A stretch of 61,799 nt of DNA, the filler included, from Diploschistes diacapsis (Eukaryota), in NCBI GenBank assembly GCA_023645945.1. It is 6 parts of 6 records of this genome, joined end to end, with 100 filler letters (N's around TTAATTAATTAA, not from the genome) between each part and the next. Parts side by side here need not be neighbours in the genome. Positions count along the whole stretch, not along the records: positions 30,976 to 41,192 come from JALAIB010000951.1; positions 41,293 to 51,496 come from JALAIB010000952.1; 4 more parts are not named here. One strand, given 5' to 3'. The notes below the pieces were generated by a model. The model had not been told where the DNA came from, did no database searches, and saw nothing but the letters and a program-made list of their open reading frames with translations. This document shows positions 37,115 through 48,757 of the stretch, in pieces. Positions within the stretch are counted from its first letter, which is position 1, and every line of letters begins with the position of its first letter. The translations under genes and the position numbers were made by a program.

Positions 37115-37189
37115 TAGCGATGCCTGGGTTTGAACCAGGGGTCTTTGAAGTTAACATTTCAACGCATTTGCCAACTATGCTACATCGCT
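37115..37189 (-). tRNA. Atypical tRNA-like gene with 8-nt anticodon loop (GTT/Asn or TTA depending on register)
   Basis: AGCGATG TA GCAT AGTTGGCAA ATGC G TTGAA ATGTTAAC TTCAA AGACC CCTGG TTCAAAC CCAGG CATCGCT A; all four stems fully Watson-Crick paired; A box and B box intact. Confidence 0.85.
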
Positions 37190-37405
37190 GCTTGTTGAGA
37201 ACTGGATATCCTATTCTTGTCTATTACATGTTGTGTTGGTTGTTGTTGAGTCATCGTCCATGGCTGAGTCATATATTCATGAAGGCTCTGTCGAAATTGT
37301 TCAGGACTATGGACCACCAGCCGCAGTTGAGGCTGTTGCTTCAAGTAGCCACCCGGCGACAGTCCTGAAAGCAAAGTTCAGTGCAAGAGCTAGGAGACTG
37401 AGAAT

Positions 37406-38044
37406 TCAAGTTATGTACAGAAAACCACCGCAATAATTTTCAGCATCGTCACAAAGACATCGGCATGGGCACCATTCATATTTCAAAGCCATTATCCTTG
37501 CCACCATTTCCCGATGCAAATCAACTATTAATGCTGCCTGCCAGAACAGGTTGACCGCAGTCCCGGGGACTGGGGGTTCTGCGCCCGGCAAATCAGTATT
37601 GACGGTCTGATTAGTGCCTTCAAGGGTAGAGAATATCGGTGAATAGTCCATAAGCGGGAGGCGTTACCTTCGGTGTGAATTTGGATAATCTAGAACTGGC
37701 TGTCGTTGGACTGTGTAAGTATCTTACGTTAGCCATGCTTCTAAGTTTCCTTTAATGAAGGATAGAGAACAATGAGTTATACCCCAAAGAGTCCAGTCCT
37801 CAGCCCCGAGCCGCATGCACCACTTTGCTGCAGGCCATCGCCCTGAATCGCCACGTTGATGGTGTCGTTGCAAGCGCCGTTAGGGCTGGTAAGCTGCACG
37901 CCAGCATCCGACTTGAGATTCCATGCTGGTACAGGTCACTGAAATCGTGCCTTGGCCGGAAGGCGAGGCGGCCTCGAAGCTTGCCAAGGGGGCGGCGGAC
38001 GAGCCAGCGGCTATGATGGATACGAGGAGGGCTTGGGTCAACAT
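37406..38044 (-). pseudogene. Probable decayed small secreted protein gene, 3 exons
   Basis: Signal-peptide-like MLTQALLVSIIAAGSSA-AP; 1-nt frameshift near 37931; introns 37782-37711 and 37667-37618; in-frame TAG at 37690-37692. Confidence 0.55.
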
Positions 38045-39365
38045 CTTGAAGACGACAGCTATACTTTGAGCGTGCCTAAAGCGTGAAGCTGGTTTGCTTG
38101 TCTTGGTTGGCTTGTGAAGCGCCGTGCTTGTCTTGTGAGTTCGTCATGCAGGAGCTGATGGTATCTCTCAAAGAATGAGTTACTTCCTATTATGAGGATA
38201 GAGAGCCCAATCTGATGACAGAAGTCTTAGCTCCAAAAAGCTATTACTCCGTATGCAGGCATACCAGCAACTCCGTGAGAGCCTCTTCACCAAGCTATGA
38301 CAAACTCACGGGTTCTAGTGACAGCGGATATGCGCGGACAAGTCAACCGCAGTATGGTGGTAGAGGCCTAACGCTAAGCACGTTAACATCCGTGCAAGTC
38401 GGTCCTGAAGCCCTGAGAGATGGCGCATCGCAGTATGTGGGTCGGTACCTTTGTGCATCCTTAAGGAGGGAATGCAAATTGCAATTGAATTCGATCTGCC
38501 ACACAATCCCTTGATACTTTCCAACTATACAAAAAGTAGTGGCCAACGTGGTGAAGGACAGTGGTGCACAGGGGCTTGTCGACTTATGATAACGGCATAA
38601 AGTTGCAAGACAGCCAAATCACTGAGATACACTGTAGATACAGTTATGGTTGCGAAGCCTTCCCGAGCAAGGATTCCGTCAAGGCCCCTGAGGGATGCAA
38701 AGCTAGTAAACATACAGAAATCATCTCACCTCTTCGATGCTCACCATGACTGTTGCAAAAAAATAATCGTATAGTAAGGTTCGCTTCGGGGAAAAGGAGG
38801 GAGCGGTGATGAACGCCGATGAAAGGAAAAAGGGGTATAAGCTGCCAGAACAGAGGTATAGTCGGTGCTGCACAGTTTGCATCTCACATTCCGCTATATA
38901 TGGAACACTCAGCGTTCACCACGTAAATCAGGGCTATCATTGGCCCTTTACTCCAATACGAGGCTTCACGGGGTCGAGGCCGTACAGTACGCAAAGAATG
39001 TGGCAATTGTAGTCCGGAGCTCAGAGAGGCGTCTGTGAACCAAAAGTTACAAGCAGGCCTGAGTAGATAAAGCCGCCAGAGTTTCATAATCCGGATCAGA
39101 ATCTTGTCGGAGAACCCGCGCTAAGCTTGGCGCACCTGGTAGATAGCGGGTCGACGGTTGGTGCTTCATCTTCTTGTTGCCGTAGCTTGGAAACGATACT
39201 ACCCTCTTATGTGAATCTGTGCTACTGGCTTGGATCCAAGGAGCAGACTCACTGTGAAAGCAGAAGCACATGGAAGCTATTGTCCAGCCATGACTTTCGC
39301 TTTCTCCAAACTATGACCCGTCTCTATAATATGTACAGAAGCCATCCGAGAAGACAAGGGCGATC

Positions 39366-40549
39366 TCACCGCACATTCTGCTGCCTCTCGATCTCCTCCC
39401 GGAACACGTTTCCAGCATTTCGCGATCGATCCTCTCTCGTGGAGCCCTGAAACCCGCCCTGGCCAAGCTCCACATTATCCGTTATCGGCTCATCCCGATA
39501 GACCGACTCGGAGGGATAGATTTCCTGTTCTGAGAGACCAACCGCGCCTCTTTTCCCCATACGTTGGGTGCGGGATTTGCCCACACCGTATCCCTTACGT
39601 CGTCCCATGACATTGCCGATGCCAATGTTTCTAGTCTTCCGCATTCCGAAATACAAGACGGCGAGTATGAAGCCAGCTACGGCCACCCCTATTGGGAGAC
39701 CCACAGCAAGACCGAGGGTGTTGATCGTGCTGTGTGGGGATGCTGGCAGCGGGTGGGCGGGCGGTATCGGGACGAGGTAGATGATCGGTCCTTGAAATGG
39801 GGTCGCTGGTTGGTCCTCATTACCGTTGTTGGCAATAAGTGTAAACTGTGCAGTGACCTGACTTCCACCATTGAGCCAAGCTTGATCAGCTGGAAGAAAC
39901 ACGAAGCCGAGATTTTTGTCAGTCGCAACTGAGTGCCAAATGTTGGTTGGCGTGGTTTGATTGACTGGGTCGAGGGAGATGATGATTCGGGTGCCGTTGG
40001 AGAATTGGCCAGGCCACCACGTTACTATAAGCAGTCAGCGACATGGCCAAAATAGAGTTCTCGGCTGCACGCACCATAGTAAGTACTCCCAACAGTCTTC
40101 GAGCTCCTATTCACCGGCCTGCAGAACGGGAAGAACCTGGATGCGTGTGCATCGCCTTCAGTGCACGTACTCAGGCCGCTCCCAGGTATAGCTGTTGCGG
40201 ATGGTGCGAGAGTGCTCCCTGTAAAAGTCGAAGTCACCAGGTCGCCTGGGTCGTTGGTGCCAACAGTGGTTCCGGAAGCTGTGGAAGATGACGCTGTGGT
40301 TGATGTTGAGGACACGGACGATGTAATTGACGATAATGTAGTGCTTATAGATGCTGAGCTGGTCGTGGAAGATGCTATAGTAGTGGCTGGGAGAGAATGT
40401 TAGTATTGAAATTAAATTTGATGCTGCACTTTAAGTGTCGTACAAGAGGGCTCCTGGCGAGGCAGAACAGCGCTGGCTATTGCAAAGGCAGGGAGTACAG
40501 CGAAGGCTGATACCAGAGCAAGAGCCCTGAGTGGCCGTGTGGGCTTCAT
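39366..40549 (-). CDS. Type I membrane protein, Ser/Thr-rich, Psg1/DUF4448-like, 3 exons
   Basis: Signal peptide, S/T-rich stalk, PFCRP...VGSTYY|VTW, TM helix LAVGLPIGVAVAGFILAVLYFG, tail RKGYGVGKSRTQR...NVFREEIERQ. Confidence 0.78.
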
Positions 40550-41192
40550 TCTGTCTCCTCTGAGATGAATGTAGTAATGAATATGAAGACGAAGCACTGC
40601 AACAATGGAAAAGACAATACAGATTAAAATTCATGAAAGTCAAAATCGAGGTATTTTGCAGCGCTCGGCATGCGATGCCCGAACTAGGTAGCTTGCCCGT
40701 ATCAACAGAATTCGAACTCGTTAGTTATAAAGGACTATTCTGGCGATTATTTATTTATTACTTATTTGGTGCTTTCTTTAGATAAATCCCTCACCTTTCC
40801 CATCGGAACGAGCTATATTATACATACCCCAAGCCTGTGACTTCTCAAATAAAAACTAAACTATTTAATATCTTTTCCATGACAAGTAGTTTTATAGCCG
40901 AGTTTATCTAAAAATAACTCGCTACAGGGTCGGTGGATTAGTGATATCGTTGAATAAATCGGCGCCCCTGCTGGAGCCCAGAAGATCCTAGATCCCGATT
41001 TGTTTACTCGACTTCGAGCTTGAGTTCTCTCTCTCTCTTCTTGCGACACACACGGTTTTCACCAACCATCAGTTATTCCTTCTTCACGTTTCTCAGCCCT
41101 CGCCTCGCCTTTCGACCGTGCATCCCCTTCTACTTCTAACGCTTGTATTATCTATCCCCCCCAATACCCCAAAAATCCTAATCCAGATAACC

Positions 41193-41292
41193 NNNNNNNN
41201 NNNNNNNNNNNNNNNNNNNNNNNNNNNNNNNNNNNNTTAATTAATTAANNNNNNNNNNNNNNNNNNNNNNNNNNNNNNNNNNNNNNNNNNNN
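41193..41292. other. Artificial contig spacer
   Basis: N44-TTAATTAATTAA-N44. Confidence 0.98.
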
Positions 41293-41293
41293 C

Positions 41294-42037
41294 CCCAACC
41301 TCGCCGGCCCCATCATCCAACGCCCCCCCGACAGCTCCAACTTCACCTACGCCTACACCTCGCTCTTCCTCCCCTCTATCCAAGCCCCCAGCAACGCGGA
41401 CCCGCACACCGAATACGGCGTCCTCTTCCAAACTTTCCTCGGCTACAGCCCCATGCTCCAAGCCGGCGTCCTCGCCCGCATCAACGGCTCCGCCGGCGCC
41501 ACGCCCACGTACACCGCCGTCTGGTCCTGGGCCGAAGGCGGCTGGACGGCCACGGCGGGCGTGCAGCCGGGCATCAGCTTCGCGGCCGGCAACATCGTCG
41601 ACATCTACCTCGACGTCCAGTGGCCCAGCGACGTCTTCACCAACGGCACGGCCAGCACCGCGAAGGTGACCATCGTCAACGATGCGCAGCGCGTCAGCGG
41701 CGTGCTGCACGGGCCGGATACGAGTTTCTTGAGCGGGATGACGGCCGGGTGCGGTGTGCAGGATTATAATATTTCTGGGGTTGATGTTGGTACGGGCACG
41801 GGTGCGGGCACGCAGACGGATGCGCTGTCGGGCTCGAGGTATGCGCCGCTGGCGGATTGGTCGCAGGCGGCGTTTGAGGTGTTTACGGCGAAGACGAGTG
41901 AAGGGAATACGTATGATGCCAGTGATGCGGATCTGGCGGTCATGGTGCAGGGGAAGAAGACTTTGACGGAGAATGCGCGGATGGGCAGTGTTTTGGTGTA
42001 TGTCTGTGTGGATGGCGGGGAATGCGGTCAGGCTTGA
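41294..42037 (+). CDS. Divergent peptidase G1 (eqolisin / A4)-like protein, 5'-truncated
   Basis: NLAG (cf. NWAG), LQAGV, YTAVWSW, AGNIVDI, TAGCGVQDY (cf. NAEWIVEDF), LADWSQAAF, in the G1 motif order. Confidence 0.65.
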   Translation, partial: PNLAGPIIQRPPDSSNFTYAYTSLFLPSIQAPSNADPHTEYGVLFQTFLGYSPMLQAGVLARINGSAGATPTYTAVWSWAEGGWTATAGVQPGISFAAGNIVDIYLDVQWPSDVFTNGTASTAKVTIVNDAQRVSGVLHGPDTSFLSGMTAGCGVQDYNISGVDVGTGTGAGTQTDALSGSRYAPLADWSQAAFEVFTAKTSEGNTYDASDADLAVMVQGKKTLTENARMGSVLVYVCVDGGECGQA

Positions 42038-43045
42038 GGGGAGTGTGCGAGGTGTCCGAGGCTGTCGTCGCCTCCAGAAGACTCTGCGCTGGTTCTTGAC
42101 ACGGTGTGGTTTCTGGGTGGGGATTTTCCATGGCTTAGCTTCATGCTTGGTGGATCTGCAAGGTGGAAGTAGCTGCTTGTTTGCAATGCTTTGGTAGAGA
42201 TTCGGGTTTTGATGCTCGAAGAACTACTCATAAGCTAACGAAGTTCTTCATACATCCTGTTCGAGCGGTGCATAAACAAAAGTGCCCACAGGAGGTGAGA
42301 ATGCCAAACTCCCAAGTCGGGCCAAGTCCTAGAAAAGACGGCTTGGACCCCCTGAACAGAATGAGCAGCGATGCGGTGTATAAACCTACGGTCATCAAAC
42401 TCCTTGATCTATGCAGCTATTCTCGCGCCCGACCATCCCCCCTCAGAAGATCCATCGCCACATGCAAATACTATCATCTACCACAATCCCAGTATTACTC
42501 GTCACGACCCCGTTTTCTCGTGGTCGACGCCATGGCTAAATGTGAGATTGAGTTCAATCTACTTGGCATGAGGTCAGATGGAGGTGAGTCGAGCACTATC
42601 CGGAGAGGGGTTGAAAGGGACTCGAGTTGAGTTATGAGAAGTGAGTGATTGATCCTCAGTCCTAGGTTACGGTAGGCAGGTGATTGTACAGAGGGACCGA
42701 AAGAAGTCACGATCCCTTCCCCCTGCTATGCCACTCGAACCAATGAGGGAAAGCAAGTCTGCTTCGCCGCCAGTTGCTCCAGAAAGCGTAAAGTAGCCTG
42801 CCAGCGTCGGCTTCGCACCGCAAAACATTCGTATGTTTCATTCATGTCGAAAAGTGGGAGAAACTGTGGATGCTGGGGAATGATTGCGCACATGTTTGCG
42901 GAAGTCTATTGGACTATACGATAGAAAACAGGATGGTCTACCTTGGGGAGTTTTTGCCTCAATTCCAATGCTGATATAACAAGCACGGCATTGAGAGGCT
43001 GTCGCACAAATATACTTGTGGCTCTCTTGCATTGAGCGTTAAATG

Positions 43046-43077
43046 CACCACCACCACCACCACCACCAACAACAACC
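43046..43077 (+). repeat. (CAC)n(CAA)n microsatellite
   Basis: Direct reading. Confidence 0.8.
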
Positions 43078-45421
43078 ACTGTTTATGTTGCATGTGTACT
43101 CAAGATAGAACAGCAGCCGAAAGAACAGTAATGCATAATTAATTTTACCTGCTGCCTCCCTTGGGTGAGCAGTGAGCACTGACATGACATTGCTTAAGCG
43201 CCTGGTAAGCAAGAGGCCCGCCCGGCAGGCAGGCGCCCTCAACGGCTGAAGGCAGGGCAGACAGACAGACGTGTGTTTCCTGGCGCAGCCACTTCAACTT
43301 GGGAGAATAATGCTTTGCTCGATGGGACAGGAATAGCCTTACATAAAGCCTTATGTCGCTGGTTAGAGATTAATGCGAGGTAAAGTGCTTGAAACGTTGT
43401 GGCTGTTTGAGACCAGGCCTCTTCTGCAGGTAGGTGCAAGACAATGAAGGCTGTATAAGTGTATGCTTATGCTGTGAACGTAGACGAAGATACCTGTTGT
43501 TTCCAGTATATTTGATTGAGGCCATTGCAACCTGTCCGCCAACATTTTCGTCGTATGCTGCCGATACATACCTACGTTATGCCGTTTCCCACTCCTCCGC
43601 ATACTACGACAGTAAGCAACTCCCGTACCGTATTTTGACGACAACCACGGCAGCTACGGGCAGCTACAATAAGACACCGCATCCGGGACATGCACCGTTG
43701 ATCGGACGGCGTTTTACGAATACGTGTTAGCTTTATCGATATTCATCGCAATCGCTCCGCCTTGCATCCCTTAACTCTGAATGGGATACCAAAGGTGTCC
43801 TCCGTACACGAGCACAATGCCCCCCCCTCCTTGCCTCGGAGGCATCGTTTAAGGCCCGAGATAGATAGATAGTCTTCTTGATTGACTCTTGACGAATCTC
43901 CCCCGGGGGCGAAGCGTGACAGTTTCGGGTAGTCAGAAGCGTACCGGCCGTAGCCTTGACCCAGCAGGGCTTAGTTGACCGGTCGGGGTTTTTTTTCACT
44001 TTGAACATCTTCATCTTCAGCCACAGATCTGCGTCTCCTTCGCCTCAATCATCTATCTACCTCAGGCTTCGAGAAGGATATCGCCCCCTTACCTTACGCA
44101 TGCTGCTCTACCTATCTACCGGCTTACCGATTGGTTCGCTCTGCTAGTTAGTTGCCTTGCTGATCTTCGGCAGATAAGGAATTTCAACACTTTGCACTGC
44201 CTGCACTCAGCAAGATTGTCTTGCGAAAATGGTGATCATACCAGGGCACATGCAAAGAAATCCGACAGACAGAAGCAGCTTAAGAAGGACGAAAAAGGAT
44301 GGCGTGATCGGCTGGATTTGAATCAGATGGCCTCCTTCGGGGTCAAGCGAGCAAGCATGGACCACGGCAATCCCCACTCGAAGGCCCTGCCTGGGCCCGT
44401 CATTTGGCATCCTGTATACCGCGATTCGATTCGCTTCATAAACTCGGTGTGTCTGCTGTTAGGGTCTGCCGAGCAATCAGCCCGGGCATTTCTCTGTATC
44501 AGTCCACGGAAAGCATCTCAGGTGTACAGGCAGCGAGCGCTGAGCAACGGTCGTGCTTTTTTGGCTTGCACATAAGCATCCAGCACCCCTCCGGATTCCA
44601 GCCAGAGGTCGAGAACTGCTTGCTGCATCTTCGCACACAAAGGAGAATTACTGCGACTCCTTCCTTGCCTATCCCTTTCCCACCAACCTGCGCATACAGG
44701 GTCGAATTGATCGACTTGTATCTTCCATTGTTTCCGGTATATCGGCACGGCATAGCTTTATGCCAAGGGGAACAACATCTTGAAACCTGGCTGCCTATCA
44801 AGCACAGCGAGGGATATATTTTGCTCACAGCCTCGACCGTCAATAAAAGGGTATTAGGCGACAGGGCATCGGAAGAAGGTCTTGTCGGACTCCTACCGGC
44901 CAAAAAAAAAAACCTACACTCGATCCCTTGATCCCTTGAATCGTTTGACGAATCGCCCTCGTTTCGCTGTTTACAGGAGTGGAATAGTTCCTTCCTGCTA
45001 TCACCCTCGCAGTGACAGCAGGGACTCAAACCACCACACAGTGCATTGCTGTTGAGTCGAAAAGGGCCAAATTTGAAACTCACTGGGGGGGCGCCTTGAG
45101 ACGTTTCACCGCCGGGACTCCCGGGCGGGCGCGTCCTGGATCTATCTGTCTGGTCAGGGGGCTTTTGGCCAGCACCAGCGCTAAGTTCAGCAGCGATTAG
45201 CAGCCAGTTAGTTCTTCAAGCAAAGTCTCCGAGCCACCCTCACGCACACCACTTACGCCACTTCACATTTCCTCACATTCTTCTGCACACGTCCATCCAT
45301 CCAGCCAATAGATCTCCATATTCTTGATTCTTGATGACTGATACAGTCCTGGCATCCCACCACCAACGAGAGCGCGCGCTCACCTAAATTTACCAGCCTC
45401 TTGCAACGCCCCCCGCAAGGG

Positions 45422-45473
45422 AATACCAGGGAAAAATACCAGAGAAAATACCAGGAATACCAGGAATACCAGG
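45422..45473 (+). repeat. Five AATACCAG direct repeats
   Basis: Last three units have exact 9-nt period (AATACCAGG); ~1 kb upstream of the cyclin ATG. Confidence 0.75.
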
Positions 45474-46444
45474 AACAAAACTGACATACCAAAGCAACCT
45501 CCACCCAATCGTTTCTTACTCCATACTGGGGACTGGCCTGCCCTATTTTCATCGTCCAGTATCTGCCAGTCGACGACGCTGCTCCATTTTTACCTCAGAC
45601 GTCTAATCCACGCCGTTTCTGCACCCGCACTGACGATCGAGCTGCAATTAAGATTATAGCCCTTCCCGCTCTCGACTCCGGACGGCCACTCATTCACTCC
45701 ATCGCTCACAACACTTGCTCATCCATCACTTACTTAACAGAACCGCATCGCAGACCCGATTCATACATTCACTTCTCTTTACCTTTTTTCCCTATCACTT
45801 CACTTCACTTCACTTCACCTCACAGGCTTGAGGTTTGCTGCCGCATTGTGAAATATCCGAGTTTCCAGGATTCCTCCGTCCCGGCCCCGCACGAAACTAA
45901 CCTCATACACTTTCCTGCCAGCCATCTCACACCCCCCTTACCCAACCTCCATCAGCAAGAATCAAACTTACTTGTCTGGAACAAGTATAGACAAAGGAGC
46001 CCTCCACTCTCTCCCTTGTCTCGTCAGCTTAATCCTTCAACGACCAACGCAGGATCTCCTACACTGTTCGCCTATCCCCACAAAACCCAACAAGTGCATC
46101 GTTGCATTGCCATCGGTTGCATCAGCAATTAGGATCCATCCGGTGCGAACAACTTGCATTGTTCTGACGATTATTGATCTTGCCGGGTGCGAGTTCGATA
46201 AAAAAGAAGACTTTGCTCCAAGCCTGCTCCGTGCGCTTCGGGTTATTATCGTTTCAGCACAATAGCAACCTCCGGGTTCCTTATAGGGAACAATAATCTC
46301 TAATACCATAGACGTTCAGGTGTTCTTATCAGCGGACACATTTTCATACCCACGGTATATCCATTCATTCGCATTCAGCCAAGTAGTTATATCAGGGTCC
46401 TTGATTCTATTTCACCAATCTCGACATTCAACTCCCCGGTCGCC

Positions 46445-47608
46445 ATGGCTGCCACAGCAGCTCTGAACAAAGCTGCGCTCGACCAGTTCATCCAGCTGCC
46501 TGTCTCAAGGTCGATGGTCTCCTACTTGGCCCAAAAGGCGAGCGAGGTCATAAGATGCGGACCGGACTCGATGGAGAAGAACCTGCCACCGACCCCACCG
46601 ACGACCCCTCCCGCCGACGGTGCACCAGCTCTCGAGTCTCAACCACCGTCGCTGCCCCCACTCGAGCTGTTCATCCAGTCTCTCGTCGACCGCTCGCATG
46701 TTCAAGTGCCAACGCTCATGTCCTCTCTCATCTACCTCTCGCGGTTACAGGCCCGTCTGCCTCCTGTTGCCAAGGGCATGCGATGCACCGTCCACCGAAT
46801 CTTCCTGGCTTCCCTCATCCTCGCCGCCAAGAACCTCAACGACTCATCGCCGAAGAACAAGCACTGGGCTCGGTACACGGCCGTTCGGGAGTACGAGGAC
46901 TTCGGCTTTTCCATCACCGAGGTCAACCTCATGGAGAAGCAACTCCTATTTCTTCTCGACTGGGACCTCCGAATCGTGCCCGAGGACCTCTACAGACACC
47001 TCGACCCCTTCCTTGCGCCCATCAGGAGACAGCTGGCGGAGAGGGAAGAGGTGCTGAGGAAGCAGCAGGCCGTTCGAAGAGAAAGAGAATACCGTGGTCG
47101 CTCGCCAGCGCTCATTCCTTCATACTCGACACCGAGCCTACCCCTTTGCGACCCACAAGCGACGCCGATCAAGCACGGCTACCCGACGCCCCCAACAAGG
47201 GTCCGGCCCAACCACGCCCGACTCCGGTCCATTTCCCCGCCATCGGCCGACGCCGTACCATGCCTCAGCAGAGAAAGCTCGAGCACGCCGAGCTCGCGGT
47301 CATCCAGCATCTCGCCACCGCCCTCCAGGCTCGGCCGCTCCCACATCGGCTCGATCAACTCGGTGGAGGCATATATTGCGGAGCCGGAGATGGTCAAGCC
47401 GCTCACGGCATACTACCAGCACGACACGGTCAGCTTCGAGCAGATGCACGAGATCGCCGTCAACTACCTGCCGAAGATGAAGATGCGCATGCACCCGCAG
47501 CAGGCGGAGGAGAAGCCGGCCAAGAAGGCCAAGACGGCGCAGAGCGGCGGCATCCTCGCGCGGTTCTTGAGCGCGACTGGAGCTTCGGACCGACGCGTGC
47601 GCGCATAG
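46445..47608 (+). CDS. Pho85-type cyclin (Pcl1/Pcl2 subfamily, PclA-like)
   Basis: SHVQVPTLMSSLIYL, HRIFLASLILAAKNLNDSSPKNKHWA, EVNLMEKQLLFLLDWDL; LPPTPPTTP. Confidence 0.93.
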   Translation: MAATAALNKAALDQFIQLPVSRSMVSYLAQKASEVIRCGPDSMEKNLPPTPPTTPPADGAPALESQPPSLPPLELFIQSLVDRSHVQVPTLMSSLIYLSRLQARLPPVAKGMRCTVHRIFLASLILAAKNLNDSSPKNKHWARYTAVREYEDFGFSITEVNLMEKQLLFLLDWDLRIVPEDLYRHLDPFLAPIRRQLAEREEVLRKQQAVRREREYRGRSPALIPSYSTPSLPLCDPQATPIKHGYPTPPTRVRPNHARLRSISPPSADAVPCLSRESSSTPSSRSSSISPPPSRLGRSHIGSINSVEAYIAEPEMVKPLTAYYQHDTVSFEQMHEIAVNYLPKMKMRMHPQQAEEKPAKKAKTAQSGGILARFLSATGASDRRVRA

Positions 47609-48757
47609 GAATTTTTCAACAATCAACTCTCCCGCGAAAGCGATATCGGATTTACTTCCACAGCGATGAGGCCATGCATGGGCTGGACGTTGTTGTTGTT
47701 GTTGTGGCTACACATTAGCGGCATTTTTGCAGGCGTTACGTGCGTGCACGCAGGGGGTATTGACTGGGATATCAACTACCATGTCAAACAAACCATTTAA
47801 CTAGGCGGCGTTTGCTATTATCGGCATTACGATGTGACCGATAGAGTGAGCCATTTTTTATGAACACGAACAAGAGGTCGGTCATCTGAGATGGGCGGGC
47901 TTCGTGTGGAAACGTGGGTCTGGTGTGGTGGGATGGACGATACCAATGCGAGCATGAACGAATCAGAATCTTAGCACATCTATCGAAAAAACAATATTCG
48001 AAAGCTTATTTTGCTGTGAACTTGACCGTGACTTCGTCGCACTTGGGATATATTTCACGTGATCCAGCCTTGGCGCTTAAACCTCGATCGTGAGAGAAAC
48101 TTTTTTTCATCCGATTCTCACTTTAGCGTTTAGCTCGCTGACTTTTTCCGTGCTGCTCAGATTTCCCCTCCTTTCAAACTCCCCTTTGCATGTTTATGGG
48201 CCTGCTCATCGTGCACCTACTCTGAAATGGGGAACTCGTCGATAGACATCGATGCACAGCCTCCATTGCCAAGCCACTACTGGATTGTACGCTCTGCCAA
48301 GTCGCTATGACGATGTACATATAGGGCGCGTCAGCGCTTCCTCCTTGGCGTTGGGGAAACAAGCAGGAAATCTCGTTCCCCTCTTGCCTTTCGACGGGAT
48401 GTAGCTGCAGAGCCAAAAACACATCTGATACATGAACTGGATGTAAGAGAGAAAATATCAGATTCTCCAATCGAAGTTTGAACCTTCTTGCCACTCACTG
48501 TCTCTTGGCCCCAAGCTGTCTTGCGTGTACAGCATTCATTGAGTCATCCCTGTGGCTGCAACCGTCCGTTTTCGAGGAACCGTCATAAAAACGCCTGTGG
48601 TTCTGCCTTGAAAATAGCTGCTGCGTTTACACGGTAAACAGAGGTTCCGACCCTTTACCAGCCGGCGAAGTTTGTTCTTGGGAGTGTACGTTGCGACTTG
48701 GGGCTTTGTTAAAACCAAAGACTGGGAACAGAAAATTTCATTCCGCTTACATTCCAC

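Noticed and set aside
37115..38044. Idea that the 8-nt-loop tRNA rescues the neighbouring broken gene
   Set aside because: The frameshift site (TGT-A-CCA) does not match a GUUA anticodon, and tRNAs act in trans, so proximity is not evidence
46555..47718. 387-aa same-strand overlapping ORF over the cyclin
   Set aside because: Arg/Pro/Ala-rich with no motifs; expected from GC-biased codons; equal length appears coincidental
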